64,000 bases of DNA from Octopus sinensis (Eukaryota). Below the pieces are notes generated by a model, which had not been told where the DNA came from, did not search any database, and saw nothing but the letters and a program-made list of their open reading frames with translations. Within the stretch, counting starts at the first letter, position 1. Each line of letters starts with the position of its first letter. The stretch lies in assembly GCF_006345805.1 (NCBI RefSeq), contig NC_043001.1:73966001-74030000 (forward strand). The letters are read 5' to 3'. A program made the translations under genes and the position numbers. Shown one piece after another: positions 25,301 through 37,105 of the stretch.

Positions 25301-25573
25301 CCAAAGGTGTCACACAGTGGGATTGAACCTAGAACTTTGTGGTTGGGAAGCAAGCTTTTTACCACACAGCCACACCTGCACCTACACACACACACACACA
25401 GGGTGAGAAAGAGAAGATAGGTGCCTGGCATTACATTAAATGATAAATTTAAACATTTAAACAGAAGCATAACAAGGAACAAACAAGGCAATTCACACAC
25501 AATACATGGACATGCTCTTTCCTCATCAGTTCCTTGTTGTGGTTCTGTTTAATTTTTGAAGCTTAAGTGCTTG

Positions 25574-25910
25574 TGTGGTACCACATAAAAGCTCCCATGC
25601 GATGTCACGTAAAAGTGTCCTTGTGACATCATGTAAAAGTATCAGTGTGGTGCCACATAAAAGTGCCCATTTGATGCCACATAAAAGCACCCATGTGGTG
25701 CCACATAACGGCACCTGTGTGGTGCCATGTAAAAGCTCACAGCACACTCTGTAAAGTGGTTGGCATTAGGAAGGGTGTCCAGCTGTAGAAACCATGCCAA
25801 ATCAGACTGGCGTCTGGTGCAGCCCCACCAGCTTGCCAGCTCTGGGTTCACTGTCCAACTCATGCTAGCATGGGCAATGAGCATTAAATAGTGATGATGA
25901 TGATGATATG
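25574..25910 (+). mobile_element. Interspersed (GAT)n-tailed element with seven 24-bp tandem units at its 5' side
   Basis: gtggtgccacataaaagcacccat-like unit x7 (25574-25741), then cacactctgtaaagtggttggcattaggaaggg...catgctagcatgg...gatgatgat. Confidence 0.8.
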
Positions 25911-27210
25911 TAGACACACTCGTATGTATATATATATGGGTACATATGAATATATCTATAAACATACATATATCATCATCATTTAGCGTCCGCTTTCCAT
26001 GCTAGCATGGGTTGGACTATATAAACATATATTTGTACATGTGAATGTATATTTAGGCACAAGCATGGCTGTGAGGTTAAGAAGCTTACTTTGCAACTAT
26101 GTAGTTTTGAGTTCAGTTTCACTTGTGTAGTACCTTGGGTAAGTGTCTTCTACTATAGCTCCAAGCCAACCAATGCCATGCAATTGAATGTGGTTAATGG
26201 AAACTGTGAAGCCCATCATATTTACATATATATTAAGAAGGAGTAAGTAGAGACAAATAGAAAAGGGTCATGAGATCTCTAGCAGATAGGAACCAAAACA
26301 GGGAGTTGTTGCCTTTTATGGCAACAAAATGGGGTTTTTTTCACCCTCCTTTTTTTTTTCTGTGCTAAAGACTGATTATTATGTTTGGTATGTGTAAGAC
26401 AGTGAGCTGGCAGAATCGTTATCATGTCAAACATTATTTCTTCTAGCTCCTTATGTTTTGATTTCAAATCTTTCCATGGTCGACTGTGCCGTTCATCCTT
26501 CGAGGAGGATAAAATTAAGTACCAGTGGATTACTGGGGTCGATGGTATCAACTAATGTGTTCCCCCTAATATTGGTGGCTTTGTTCCCAAAGTTAGAATT
26601 AATTATGTTAGGTATGTGAAAAGAGCATGATTGTGCTTGACTGTGTGGTTCAGGCTTTGAATATGGTATATTTACAGAAGTTAGAATGGTGTTTGTAGAA
26701 TGATCTGTTGGATGGATAACATTAATTTCAGTGGAAGCAAATTCTAAGTATAAGGTGATGATAATGACTTTTGGATATTGATTTCTTTGTAGTTGAATTT
26801 TCAGGGACTGAATTGAGGGTTTATTATTATTATTATTATTTTTTTTTTTTGAGTGCAGGCATACCTCAACTTAGATTATTTCAAGTTAGGTCTTTTTCCA
26901 CTTTACGTCATTCTTTTAAAGAAATTAATGGAAAGAAACTTCACTGTCGGTCTGCTTATCCACCTTTACATTGGTCTCAGTGAGCATATTTAAAAGCATA
27001 AAAGTTAAGAAAAAAAAAACATAACTATAATCAAGTGAAAAGTCTAATAAACTACATTTGAAAATCTTTAGAAACTATTCAGATATCATCTAATAAAGTT
27101 TATAAAATATTTTCCCATGTTATGTCATTTTTTGAGGTATGTTTGTATATATTTCTTGATGACACAATTTCTACTTTATTCTATGTTTTACTCTTTTATT
27201 TTCTCTTCAG

Positions 27211-27255
27211 AGTGACTTTGTTGAACTAGGACTTCCAGATCTTTCTTCAGGACGG
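27211..27255 (+). CDS. RhoGEF2: RhoGEF small exon: SDFVELGLPDLSSGR
   Basis: Strong pyrimidine tract ending ttctcttcag, donor gtgtgt, 45 nt, phase 0/0; no homology support, so it may be alternative. Confidence 0.65.
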
Positions 27256-28012
27256 GTGTGTATGAACCTTGACATTCTCAATGATTGCTCTCCCTCTTTT
27301 TTCTCTCTTGCAGTTGATACTTGAGACAGTCTAGGCTAAATTAGTATTTCTGAGAAGCACAAGCGTTTTCTTTGAATAGAATCTATAATAATATTTATTG
27401 CATTTGACCAGCTACAAATATTTAATTTATTCATTCATTGTTTATTGTTGAGAAACGGTTAACCCTTAATTTTCAAAAAAAAAAGTGCAGAATTTAGTAA
27501 AATAACTTTATCATTATGCTGGTATCTGAAGCATAAAATAAACATGAAATTTTAATGGATAGTTTAAATTTGGATTACTTTAAAAGCAGCAGGAAGTTTG
27601 GATCAAAAGGGTTGGTCAAATACCAAAACAACCACCCAGCCCTCCCCCTCTCTCCATGCACAAAATTTTCATATTTTTGTTTTGGAGAACATTTATTATA
27701 AATAATGTTGGATGCCAAGAGTAGATTTCTTTCTGCTGCAAACATTTGGATCAGCCAGTTCTATTCATGTTTCATGTGTTCTCTGTAGATATTGACTTAC
27801 TGTCAGCTCCATTAATCTCTATTAGTTAAAAAAAAAACTGCTGAGAACAGTATGGGTACTGTCCCTTCTCACCTGATCCACTTATTTTTAAAATAACAAT
27901 TAAAAAAAAAAACCCTTCTATCCAGAAAATGTAGTGGACAATTCCTTCTTTTGGAACCATTTATTTATAATGACTAATGCTACAATCATTTAATCAGACA
28001 TGAGTGTATTGG

Positions 28013-29291
28013 GATCTTTCAGTTTGGCTCACAGATTTTTTTTTAATTAATTTTTTTTTAACTAAACAGTTTAAAACTTTGTATACTGGAGTAATTTCTC
28101 ATGCAGAACATGGTTTACTTCGAACATTTTTGACAAAATTTCATATTTCAGAAGTTATTTTGTGTTAAAGTTGTATTTGGGTAATTTTTACCAATCAACG
28201 ATGTGTATTCAGTTGAAGGAAGCTACTGCTGTTTGTGATAGTAATTGAAGAGGAACAACTTCTGGGTCATCTCTACTAAATGTCACCACTCTGTTCTATT
28301 TTATTTTTTATTTACTACCCTTTTTTTTTTTGTTCGTGTATCGGAGAAACCAGTAAACATCGAAGAATCAACAACCAGAAAGGAAGAAATACATAGATTT
28401 ATTCATTTGCCCGACATTGGTATTTAAACCACTGGATTGAATTTGGGGGAAAATTTTGGTTTTATCCACACAGAGCACATCAGTGTTTAAAAGACCTATA
28501 GAGCTACAGATCCACAGCGAGCTTTTTTGTTGTTGACATGTATGCAATTTCAAAATGCCTTATTTTACAACTATGAGATGTATTGTTATTGTTATAATTT
28601 TATCTTACTATAATCAACAACAAACATGTTTCGGCAATATGAAAGTCTTTATTAGATTAAAAATAACATTATCGAAGCATGAAGGTAAAACAAAACAAAA
28701 TATACTTCTAGGAACCAATGTATTATAGCCATAGTCTTTCATGTTGTTCACCAACCAACCTTTCCTCTGAAAAAATCAGTGGAATCAGTTGATCCCCAGA
28801 CACAAATTATTTTCCTCCTGAAACTTATAGAAATGTACACATATTAAGTGCACCTCTCTATAAGCTGTACACTAAATTTTCCAGGTAAAAATAGTGGCTT
28901 ATACACCGGACAAAACGGTAATTGTATTGGCAGTGACAAGTTTCCTCACTGGCTGGTAGTTGATAGTGTAGAGGTGGCTGTCTGCCAGTAGAGAGGGAAA
29001 GAGTAAGGAATGCCCAAGAACAGAGTGGTGATATTTTGTAGAGATGACTGGGAAGTTGTTCTTCTTCGATTACTATTGCAAACAGCGGTAGCTTTCTTTA
29101 ACTGAATACATGTCATTGATTGGTTAAAATTACCCAAATACGACGACTTTAACAAAAAATAACATGAAATTTTGTCAAAAATGTTCAAAGTAAACCATGT
29201 TCTGCATGAGAAATTACACCAGTATACAAAGTTTCAAGCTGTTTAGTTAAAAAAATTAATTAAAATATTTGTGAGCCAAACTGAACAGATC
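28013..29291. mobile_element. Foldback-type element with ~280-bp inverted arms
   Basis: 28013-28298 is an approximate reverse complement of 29016-29291 (e.g. catggtttacttcgaacatttttgacaaaatttca / tgaaattttgtcaaaaatgttcaaagtaaaccatg). Confidence 0.85.
28318..28918. mobile_element. Tc1/mariner-superfamily (Tc2/pogo-like) MITE nested between the foldback arms
   Basis: TA-CCC(T)nGTTCGTGTAT ... CTTATACACCGGACAAAACGG-TA; TA target duplication. Confidence 0.6.
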
Positions 29292-29717
29292 TATGCATTG
29301 AAAGTTATAAACACATGCAGATTTACAACACGCACTTCCATTATATATACATATATGTGTGTTGTTGTTGATGTTGCTGTTGTTTCCTGGTGTTATTAAG
29401 ATGTAAAATACTGTTCTAGTTTTGTTAGTAATGCCTTCATCTCTTGAGTAAGCTCTGCCTTTCTTTCTTGCTAGTGCCTGTTCACTATTATTCTCTTAAC
29501 ACTACTACCAGCTTCTTTTCTGATCTCACATACATATATTATTAATTCCTTTGGCAAACAAATCTTTAATGCCTTTTAAAAATTAGAAAAATTTCTTCTC
29601 TTGCAAATGAACTTAACATTTCCTCAGCATAGCTGTTGCACAATTAAGAACTATTTATTTACTTTCTAAATACTCACTTTTATATATATATATAAAACTA
29701 TCCAGTTATACACAAAA

Positions 29718-29721
<4 letters not shown>

Positions 29722-29800
<79 letters not shown>
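29722..29800. repeat. (TA)n microsatellite
   Basis: Long alternating TA tract; similar tracts near 7413, 7862, 13960, 19870, 21478, 31517, 55447 and 56373. Confidence 0.95.
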
Positions 29801-29802
<2 letters not shown>

Positions 29803-31497
29803 TATTTATTTATTAGAGCCTCTGTCTTTTTTGTTTTGTTCAGTCTCCACATTTCCCCCATTGCTGTGCATGACAGCTTGGTTGGCTGTCACTGAACAGA
29901 ACTGATGAATGCTAAATTTCCTAAATCTTGATGAGCTTTCTTGTTCCGGCTACCATTTCCCTCACCACCTTGGCTGTCACCATCTCCCTCACTGCCAACT
30001 ACAACAAGCATTTAGCCAGCATGATGGGCTACTTTTCCTCTTGTTGCTGCTGCTGCTAGCTATTATTGCTGCTTACCAATCCCAGCTGTGGGCAGGATCA
30101 GTTAATGCTTCTGATTTAATGAACATTGTTTTTAAAATACACCACTTCTCCCCTTCCTCCTCTTCCTCTTTATCTCTCTCTCTCTCCCTTGCTTGAATTT
30201 AAACTTCATTGATAACATTGATTGCTACAACATATGTGAAAACCAACTTTATCTAAAATTGGTCCAACATGCTGATGTAAAACTTGGCAACTTTTTAAAA
30301 TGGTGTTTTATATAATCATTATTACCAGTCAGGTACTGCTGTCAGATGATAGGATCTTCAACTGTTATTCCCCCCTTCCTCCCTCTCTAAGTTTGTTGAG
30401 GTCTTGTGCCTGAGTAAGAAATCATTACCACATTGGACAAAATACTTTGCAGTATTTATTATTTGTTTCGGCTCTTTACATTGAGAGTTCAAATCTCAGC
30501 ATGGTCAACTTTGCCTTTCACCCCTCCAGCATCAATAAAATAAAGTACCAGTCAAATATTGAGGTTGGTCGTATCAACTACTTGCCCCCCCCCCTCCTCA
30601 CCCTAAAAATAAAAAATAAAATTTTTTAAAAAGGAATAAAATTCAGGCCTTGTACCAACTTAGAAATAATTTTTATAGCCAAATGGCAGAATTGGAAAAC
30701 TGCTAAGTGGAATATTTTGCTATGTTTATTTGCATTCCCTTTATATTTTGTGCTCAAATCCCGCCAAAGTCAACTTTAGGTGTCATCCATCCAGGATCAG
30801 TAAGAACTAGAGGTAATGAGTGTCCCTCTACAGAGTTTCTTAGATATCATTGATATTTATTACTATAGTTAGAGATTCTTGTTATGTCCATTTTAGGTTA
30901 GTAATTGACTTATTTTATACATCTTTTAGTTGAGTTCCTGTCACCTTTAGTTGCAAATAATGAAATACTACTAGATACAGCTTAAAGAATTTCAGTTTCA
31001 TATGCACATGCACACATGCATACACGCGCGCGCAATCTTTAAAACTGAATTATCTTTAGACCTAGTGTCACAGGAAATGTGTTCTTGTTTGCCATTCTTT
31101 GGAAATGTTCTTTGAGTAATGCCATTATAGATCTCATTTTCCAAAATATTTACTTCTGTGGTAAATTTTTTTAAATAGTTTGAAATATTTAAATAAATTT
31201 ATTTGAAATTGATAATTTAAATTCTGCATTACTTGTATGTTTATAAAGTAGCAAAATCTTTAAGAATTTGTTTTGGATTTAAAAGAGAAGTAAAAGAAAA
31301 GCAAAAAAACGGTCTTTTGCAATCTTTGATATTACTTATATGAGTGCTTCTCCTTTATTTATGAGTTCTATAGGAACTACTTTTTCTTCTTCATATGCTT
31401 TTAAGTACATGAATACTTGCATACATATGTAGACGCACTCATGCGTGTGTAGGTCTATATGTATTTAAATATTGGTACATACATACATATGTATGTA

Positions 31498-31562
<65 letters not shown>

Positions 31563-32088
31563 CATACACACACACACCACACACACACAACTTTTGTGAG
31601 TCATAAGCATATTATAAGTATTAAAAACAGAAAAATCCAATTTAATTCTTTGTATATATTTATGTATCTTAAATATTATTTTTTTAAAAAATAAGTCTAT
31701 TAAAATGAAAAGAAACTAAAAGGTACAAATAAGCAGAAATATATTTTAGTTTAGATCTTTATATTAAGAATAAAGTAAAATTTTTGTTTTATTACCTTCC
31801 TTCTTGAAATTGATTTGAGGAAGCACTTTGTTACTTTTTATAAATTTCTCATATTGTCTTGTATTTTCTAGTGGATTATATATATATTATATATAAATAT
31901 TGTAATTCTTTTGTTTAATTGTATTATTTGTTGATTTGACTGTAGTGAGTCTCCCTCTTATTTTTCATAGAATTTTTATGTAATGTGTACCTATTTGACT
32001 GCTTCGATTAATGTGCTTTTTATTTTATTTTTTTTTCTTCTTCTTCCCCCTTTTTTGTGTTTGTCGTGTGTCAATTATCTGTGAACAG

Positions 32089-32298
32089 CTACCAGGGGGG
32101 TCCAAACACATTAAGCATGGCTCCGTTCCAGCTTCCATCTACAAAACAAGGGATTTAGTTGATATTCGGGATATCAATGTGTCTCGTTCCAAGTCTGATG
32201 CCTCAAGTAAAGCCAGCCAAGTAGTCGCTGGAGAGACCCTCGGCTCCAGCCATTCCCAGCTCCCACCTGGATATCAGCAAAGAGACAACACCAAGGAG
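32089..32298 (+). CDS. RhoGEF2: RhoGEF exon: LPGGSKHIKHGSVPASIYKT...SRSKSDASSK...RDNTKE (linker)
   Basis: gtgaacag acceptor, GAG/gtatct donor, 210 nt, phase 0/0; GC-richer open frame within ORF 32011-32364. Confidence 0.82.
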
Positions 32299-35200
32299 GT
32301 ATCTATGAAATATATGCATGTAATCAATGCTACCTCCATATTCATGGAAGAATTCCTGTTGTAAATTTAGTTCTTTTGCAGTCATTCTCCATTTACTATT
32401 GTTAAGTGTTCTTCTAACAGCAACTTCTAACCCTCACTTTCTACTCAATCAAAACAGATACTTGTTTGTTGTTACATTGTTTATTGTTTTAAATAATCAT
32501 ACATATGTCAGAAAGAGTTCTTCAATTTCTAAAACCAAGTTAATACCTATGAATTGATCAGAACCAGGAGCCGTAGATAATAGTAACCTATGTCTCAATT
32601 AAAATATATATATATGTTTCTTGGGGGAGACAAGTTCAAGAGGAGCTATGTCCAGCCACTCAGAATAAAGAATTGAATGCTAAGTCTGAGAGTGAATATC
32701 GTATTTTCCTTCTTCCCTTAAAGTAGCCCCTCTAAATATTGTTTTTTTTTTAGTTCCCAAAGAGCCATAGGAGAAACAAAATATATTTTGTTAGACTAAC
32801 AATAAAGGATTCTGTATATAGTCAATTCAAATAAACAATCAATTAAAAATTAAAAATGAATAATAAAATTAACAGACAACAAGAGGGCATGCACAAGGAA
32901 TGTATTAGTTTGACACTCAGTGAAAATGGAGTTTTTGACGTTTTGAGCAGAGAAAGGGAAAAGTCCAAAGAAGAAAAAGAAATCAACAACAGCATTTGTA
33001 GTTACACACACATATGGAGAAAAGAATTCTCCTAAGTAGAACTGTAGCGATAGGAACCAGTTTATTGCAACAGGTTGTAAAAATTTCTGCTCAGTAGTTT
33101 TGTCTTTAGAACAGAGAACAAACATTAAACTATTATTTCTTTTATAAACTGAAATAGTTAACCTTTATGTTATTTGTACTGACCTTAATGTACCTACAAC
33201 CCTTTTGTACCCATGTGTTGGACTGCTTAGTTTATTTTTAAGCATTATATTAGGACAAAGTTTTCAATGAAATACATTTTAAAATGTACAGTTTTCTATC
33301 ATTGGAAATGGTCTCAGTTAGGTTGGTATCAACTTCTCTAATTCTAATATTAAGACTCATAATACTAACATAGATGTTGTAACAGATATCTTGTCTCCTT
33401 AATGCTTTCTTCACTACTCCCTTCCCCCCAGTCATTCTGAAACACTAACATTTCCTTGCCTGCCTGCCTTTCTCTCTTACCATCTACTTTACTGAGCTCT
33501 GTATAGTTTATATAATCTGTTCCTATTTCAACTATAGGAAGTTTTCTCTTTGCAAACAAAGTGTATTCAGAACAGATCAGTGTTGATTCCTTTACATTTT
33601 ACAAGTAAAGACAGTTTACAGCACCAATTAAGAAAGGTCTACAAGTAAGAATTAAAGTTAATTAAAAAAAAGTAGGCACCAGGCATGGCTGTGTGGTTAA
33701 GAAGTATCACTTTAGGCTAGTGTCTTTGGCTATAACCCTAGGTGCTGATCAAAAGTACTAGGGTCAATTTGTTTGACTAATCCCTTTAAGACAATGCCCC
33801 CGCATGGCTACAGACCAGTGATTGAAACAAGTGAGAGCTAAAAGCTAAACTAAATATCTGCCCCAGGCCTACATGTAGAGAGAATTTGCAACTCTAATTT
33901 AGAAATACCTACAAATAAAATAATCAAACCATCAGGAGCTGCTGATCAACTAAATATAACTTGTCTCAAACCTACACATTCATAAGGTTGGAGCTTATCC
34001 AAATTTTCAAAGTGTTTCTAGTTCTTATTTTCATTTGGATGTGCTAGAGTAATGTGAAATGAAGTGCCTTGCTCAAGGACACAACGTGCTACCTAGTTCA
34101 AGAATAAGACCCACAATGACAGAATCATGAGTGCAGTGCTCTAATGCTGTAACCACTTGGCCATAGGGTTGATTATCAACTATTATATTTGAAAGTATAT
34201 AAGATGCATTTTTTTTTCCTTCAAAAAATGTCTCAGAAAATCTCTCTGGTTCCTATACATGAAGTTACTCTAAATATAAAATGCTTTATAATGTATGAGA
34301 AACTTTTATTACTGAATATGCACTTCTGAAACTGGGGTGCATCAAATATGTCTATGTATATCTTTTATGCTATCAAATTCAGTAAATATAGCTCACCTAC
34401 TAGGTAGGTACTGTAAAGAAAAGAATAGAAAACACCAGTTGTCCTCTTGTTACGCTATTTGTTTTCCATGATATGTGAAACAGAGGAAACTAAGGAGAAC
34501 AGAAGTTAGTAGTTACTTTTCCCTTGAGTTCACAATTAATGTTCAAATTGATTTATTTTAATTTGATAATAATTTCTCAATGTGATTTAACTATTTTTCA
34601 TATAAACATTATGTGAATTATGCAATTAACTTCCTACAAAAATTACTGAAATAAATACAACTAGGATTGGGATTTAAAGCTAAGGTGTAGACCTACATTA
34701 ACGGTTCTGATCTACAAATAACTTTGGATTATAGCTGAGATTCCCCCCTCCCTCTCAGAGTCAAGAGTCATTTGGAAATTTTTAGTTTCTTGGTAAATAA
34801 TTTTGATTGAACATTTCCGACCTATGTATGAAATTTGGAATTCTATTTTCATTCTGTTTGCCACTTGCTGTGACTTACACTCTATAGTAAAGGGAGTATG
34901 TGACCAGCTTTGCTGTATATTTTAATGAAATTTTTTAAACTAACACCAGAGCATTGGAAGCAATTAACACAATCTTAAATGATAACAGTTTATAATTGGC
35001 TTCTTTTAGTTCTCTTAGATAATTACTGTTTTCTATTCAAGCTGTCTATCAGATGCTCTGTTTGTCTGTCTCTTTCTCTCTATTTTTCTCTCACTCTTTC
35101 TTTCTTTTTTCTTTCTTTCTTTCTTTCTTTTCCTTCCTCCTCTCTCTCTCTCTCTCTCTCTCTGTTTTCCTCTTTCTCATTAATTCAGTTTTTTTTTTGT

Positions 35201-35564
35201 TTATTTTACCAATTCTTTCTTTCTCTGAGTTAATTATATTTTACTGTCACAATATAAGTATTAATAATCTAGCTGTCTTAATACATAACAGAAATAATGA
35301 TTTCTTGATTAGTTTTGATGAGGCAACGATCTTGATTTTGATGATGACGATAATGATCATGATCTTTTCTATCATGCCTCTCTCCTCCTCCTTTATTCCC
35401 TCACTAAAAATTAACTTCAACATTACCTTTTTGTCTCCATAAAAATAAACAACAAAAGTTTTGCCAAAAATTAAGTTATATAAATAAAATGAAATGAATC
35501 ATTTGCAATGGATCTGATTCCAATTTTGAGGGTAATTGGATTAAAAAATTTTTTTATTCTATAT

Positions 35565-35599
<35 letters not shown>

Positions 35600-36777
35600 T
35601 TGCCAGGGGTGGGTGGAGAAAAATATTACAAAGGATTCAACAAAACCATGAAAGCAATAATAACGATGATGATGATGATGATGAATGGAAATTTGTGCCA
35701 GAATCTGCCAATATTCAATTCAGTGGCTTATTTTCTGTGCCAGTGAATTTGATAAAGATAGTATTCCTCTCTCTCTCTTTCTCTCTCTCTCTCATCTCTT
35801 CCCCCCTCTCTCTCTCTTGCTCATCTCTCTCATTGGGCTCTTAACTATACACCTTTCATCTGAATAATTTTGGGTAACTATTATTCTGCATAACTGCTAC
35901 AGTCAGTTATCTTTGTATTCCATTGTTTTCTCTGGGATATTTCATAGAACAAAGAATCAAAGAAGGTTTAACTGTTAGCACGCTAAAACATTTGTGTTCC
36001 TTAAATGGAGCTCTCAGGCTTTTAAAATGTATTTAAAAGAAGAAAATTATTAAAAAATTTTTTTAGCTTTCTTCTTTAATGTTATTGTTATTGTTGATTA
36101 AGCATCTAATTAAATACCTTTTTAAATCCTGATAGTGATCAAATAAAGTATCAATTCACTGTCAGTGTTAATTAATGACCTTCATTGGTTGTAATTTATT
36201 CTCCAGTGACCAAAGTTGTTGTTTATAACCCACTGCTTTTAATCCTTTTCTTACCACATTTCTGTATGATATAGACACTTCTGATGAGAATCCAATTAAG
36301 GTCCAAAAGATCAATTAAGGCTGTTCATCATTTTATAGGTGCAGGTATGACTGTGTGATGAGAAGTTTGCTTCCCAACCACAGGGTTCTGGGTTCAGTCC
36401 CACAGTGAGGCATCTTTTCTACTATAGTTTTGGGACAACCAAAATCTTGTTAGTGGATTTTGTTGATGGAAACAGAAAGAAGCCTATCATGTATGTATGT
36501 ATGTATGTATGTATGTACGTATGTACGTGTGTGTGTGTGTGAGTGTGTGTATTTATGATTGTCCCTCATCGTTGCTTGACAACTGATGTTGGTTTGCTTA
36601 AGTCCCATAACTTGGCAGTTCAGCAAAAGATACTGATAGAATAAGTACCAGGCTTTAAAAGAAAAAGCTCTGGGAATCGACTTGTTTGACTAAAACTTTT
36701 CAAGGTGGTACCCCCAACATGGCCACAGTTCAATGACTGAAACAAAGTAAACAATAAAAGATTAAAAAAAAAAAATT

Positions 36778-37105
36778 TTGGCCCAGTGGTTCGAGTACTA
36801 TGCTCACAATCATGAGGTAATGAGTTTGATTCCCCGGCTGTGTGTTGTGTTCTTGAACAAAATACTTTACTTCACGTTGCTCCAGTTCATTCAGCTGTAC
36901 ACAAGTTGCAGTGTCACTGATGCCAAGCTATATCAGCCTTTGCCTTTCCCTTGGATAACATCAGTGTCATGGAGAGGGGAGGCTGGGATGTATGGGCAAT
37001 GGATGGTCTTCCATAAACACACTTGCCCAAACTTGTGTCTTGGAGGGGAATTTTCTAGTTGCAATCCCATGGTCATTCATGACCCAAAGGGGTCTTTACC
37101 CTATT
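36778..37105 (+). mobile_element. tRNA-derived SINE (second family)
   Basis: A box TGGCCCAGTGG, B box GAGTTTGATTCCC, then tgttgtgttcttgaacaa; an antisense head of the same type near 34060-34160. Confidence 0.65.

Noticed and set aside
26856-26990. Tigger1-like MITE starting CAGGCATACCTC
   Set aside because: Only one end is recognisable; no matching opposite TIR or TSD found.
28621-28660. Minus-strand CTAATAA...GCCGAAACATGT hammerhead-like motif
   Set aside because: Needs three substitutions to restore the core and stem II, and stem I does not pair.
32631-32726. Peptide-like frame QVQEELCPATQNKELNAKSESEY
   Set aside because: No pyrimidine-tract acceptor, no compatible donor, and it runs into a stop.
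36778-36850. tRNA gene
   Set aside because: A and B boxes are present but there is no cloverleaf; it continues into SINE body sequence. The other tRNA-like heads in the window are also SINEs.
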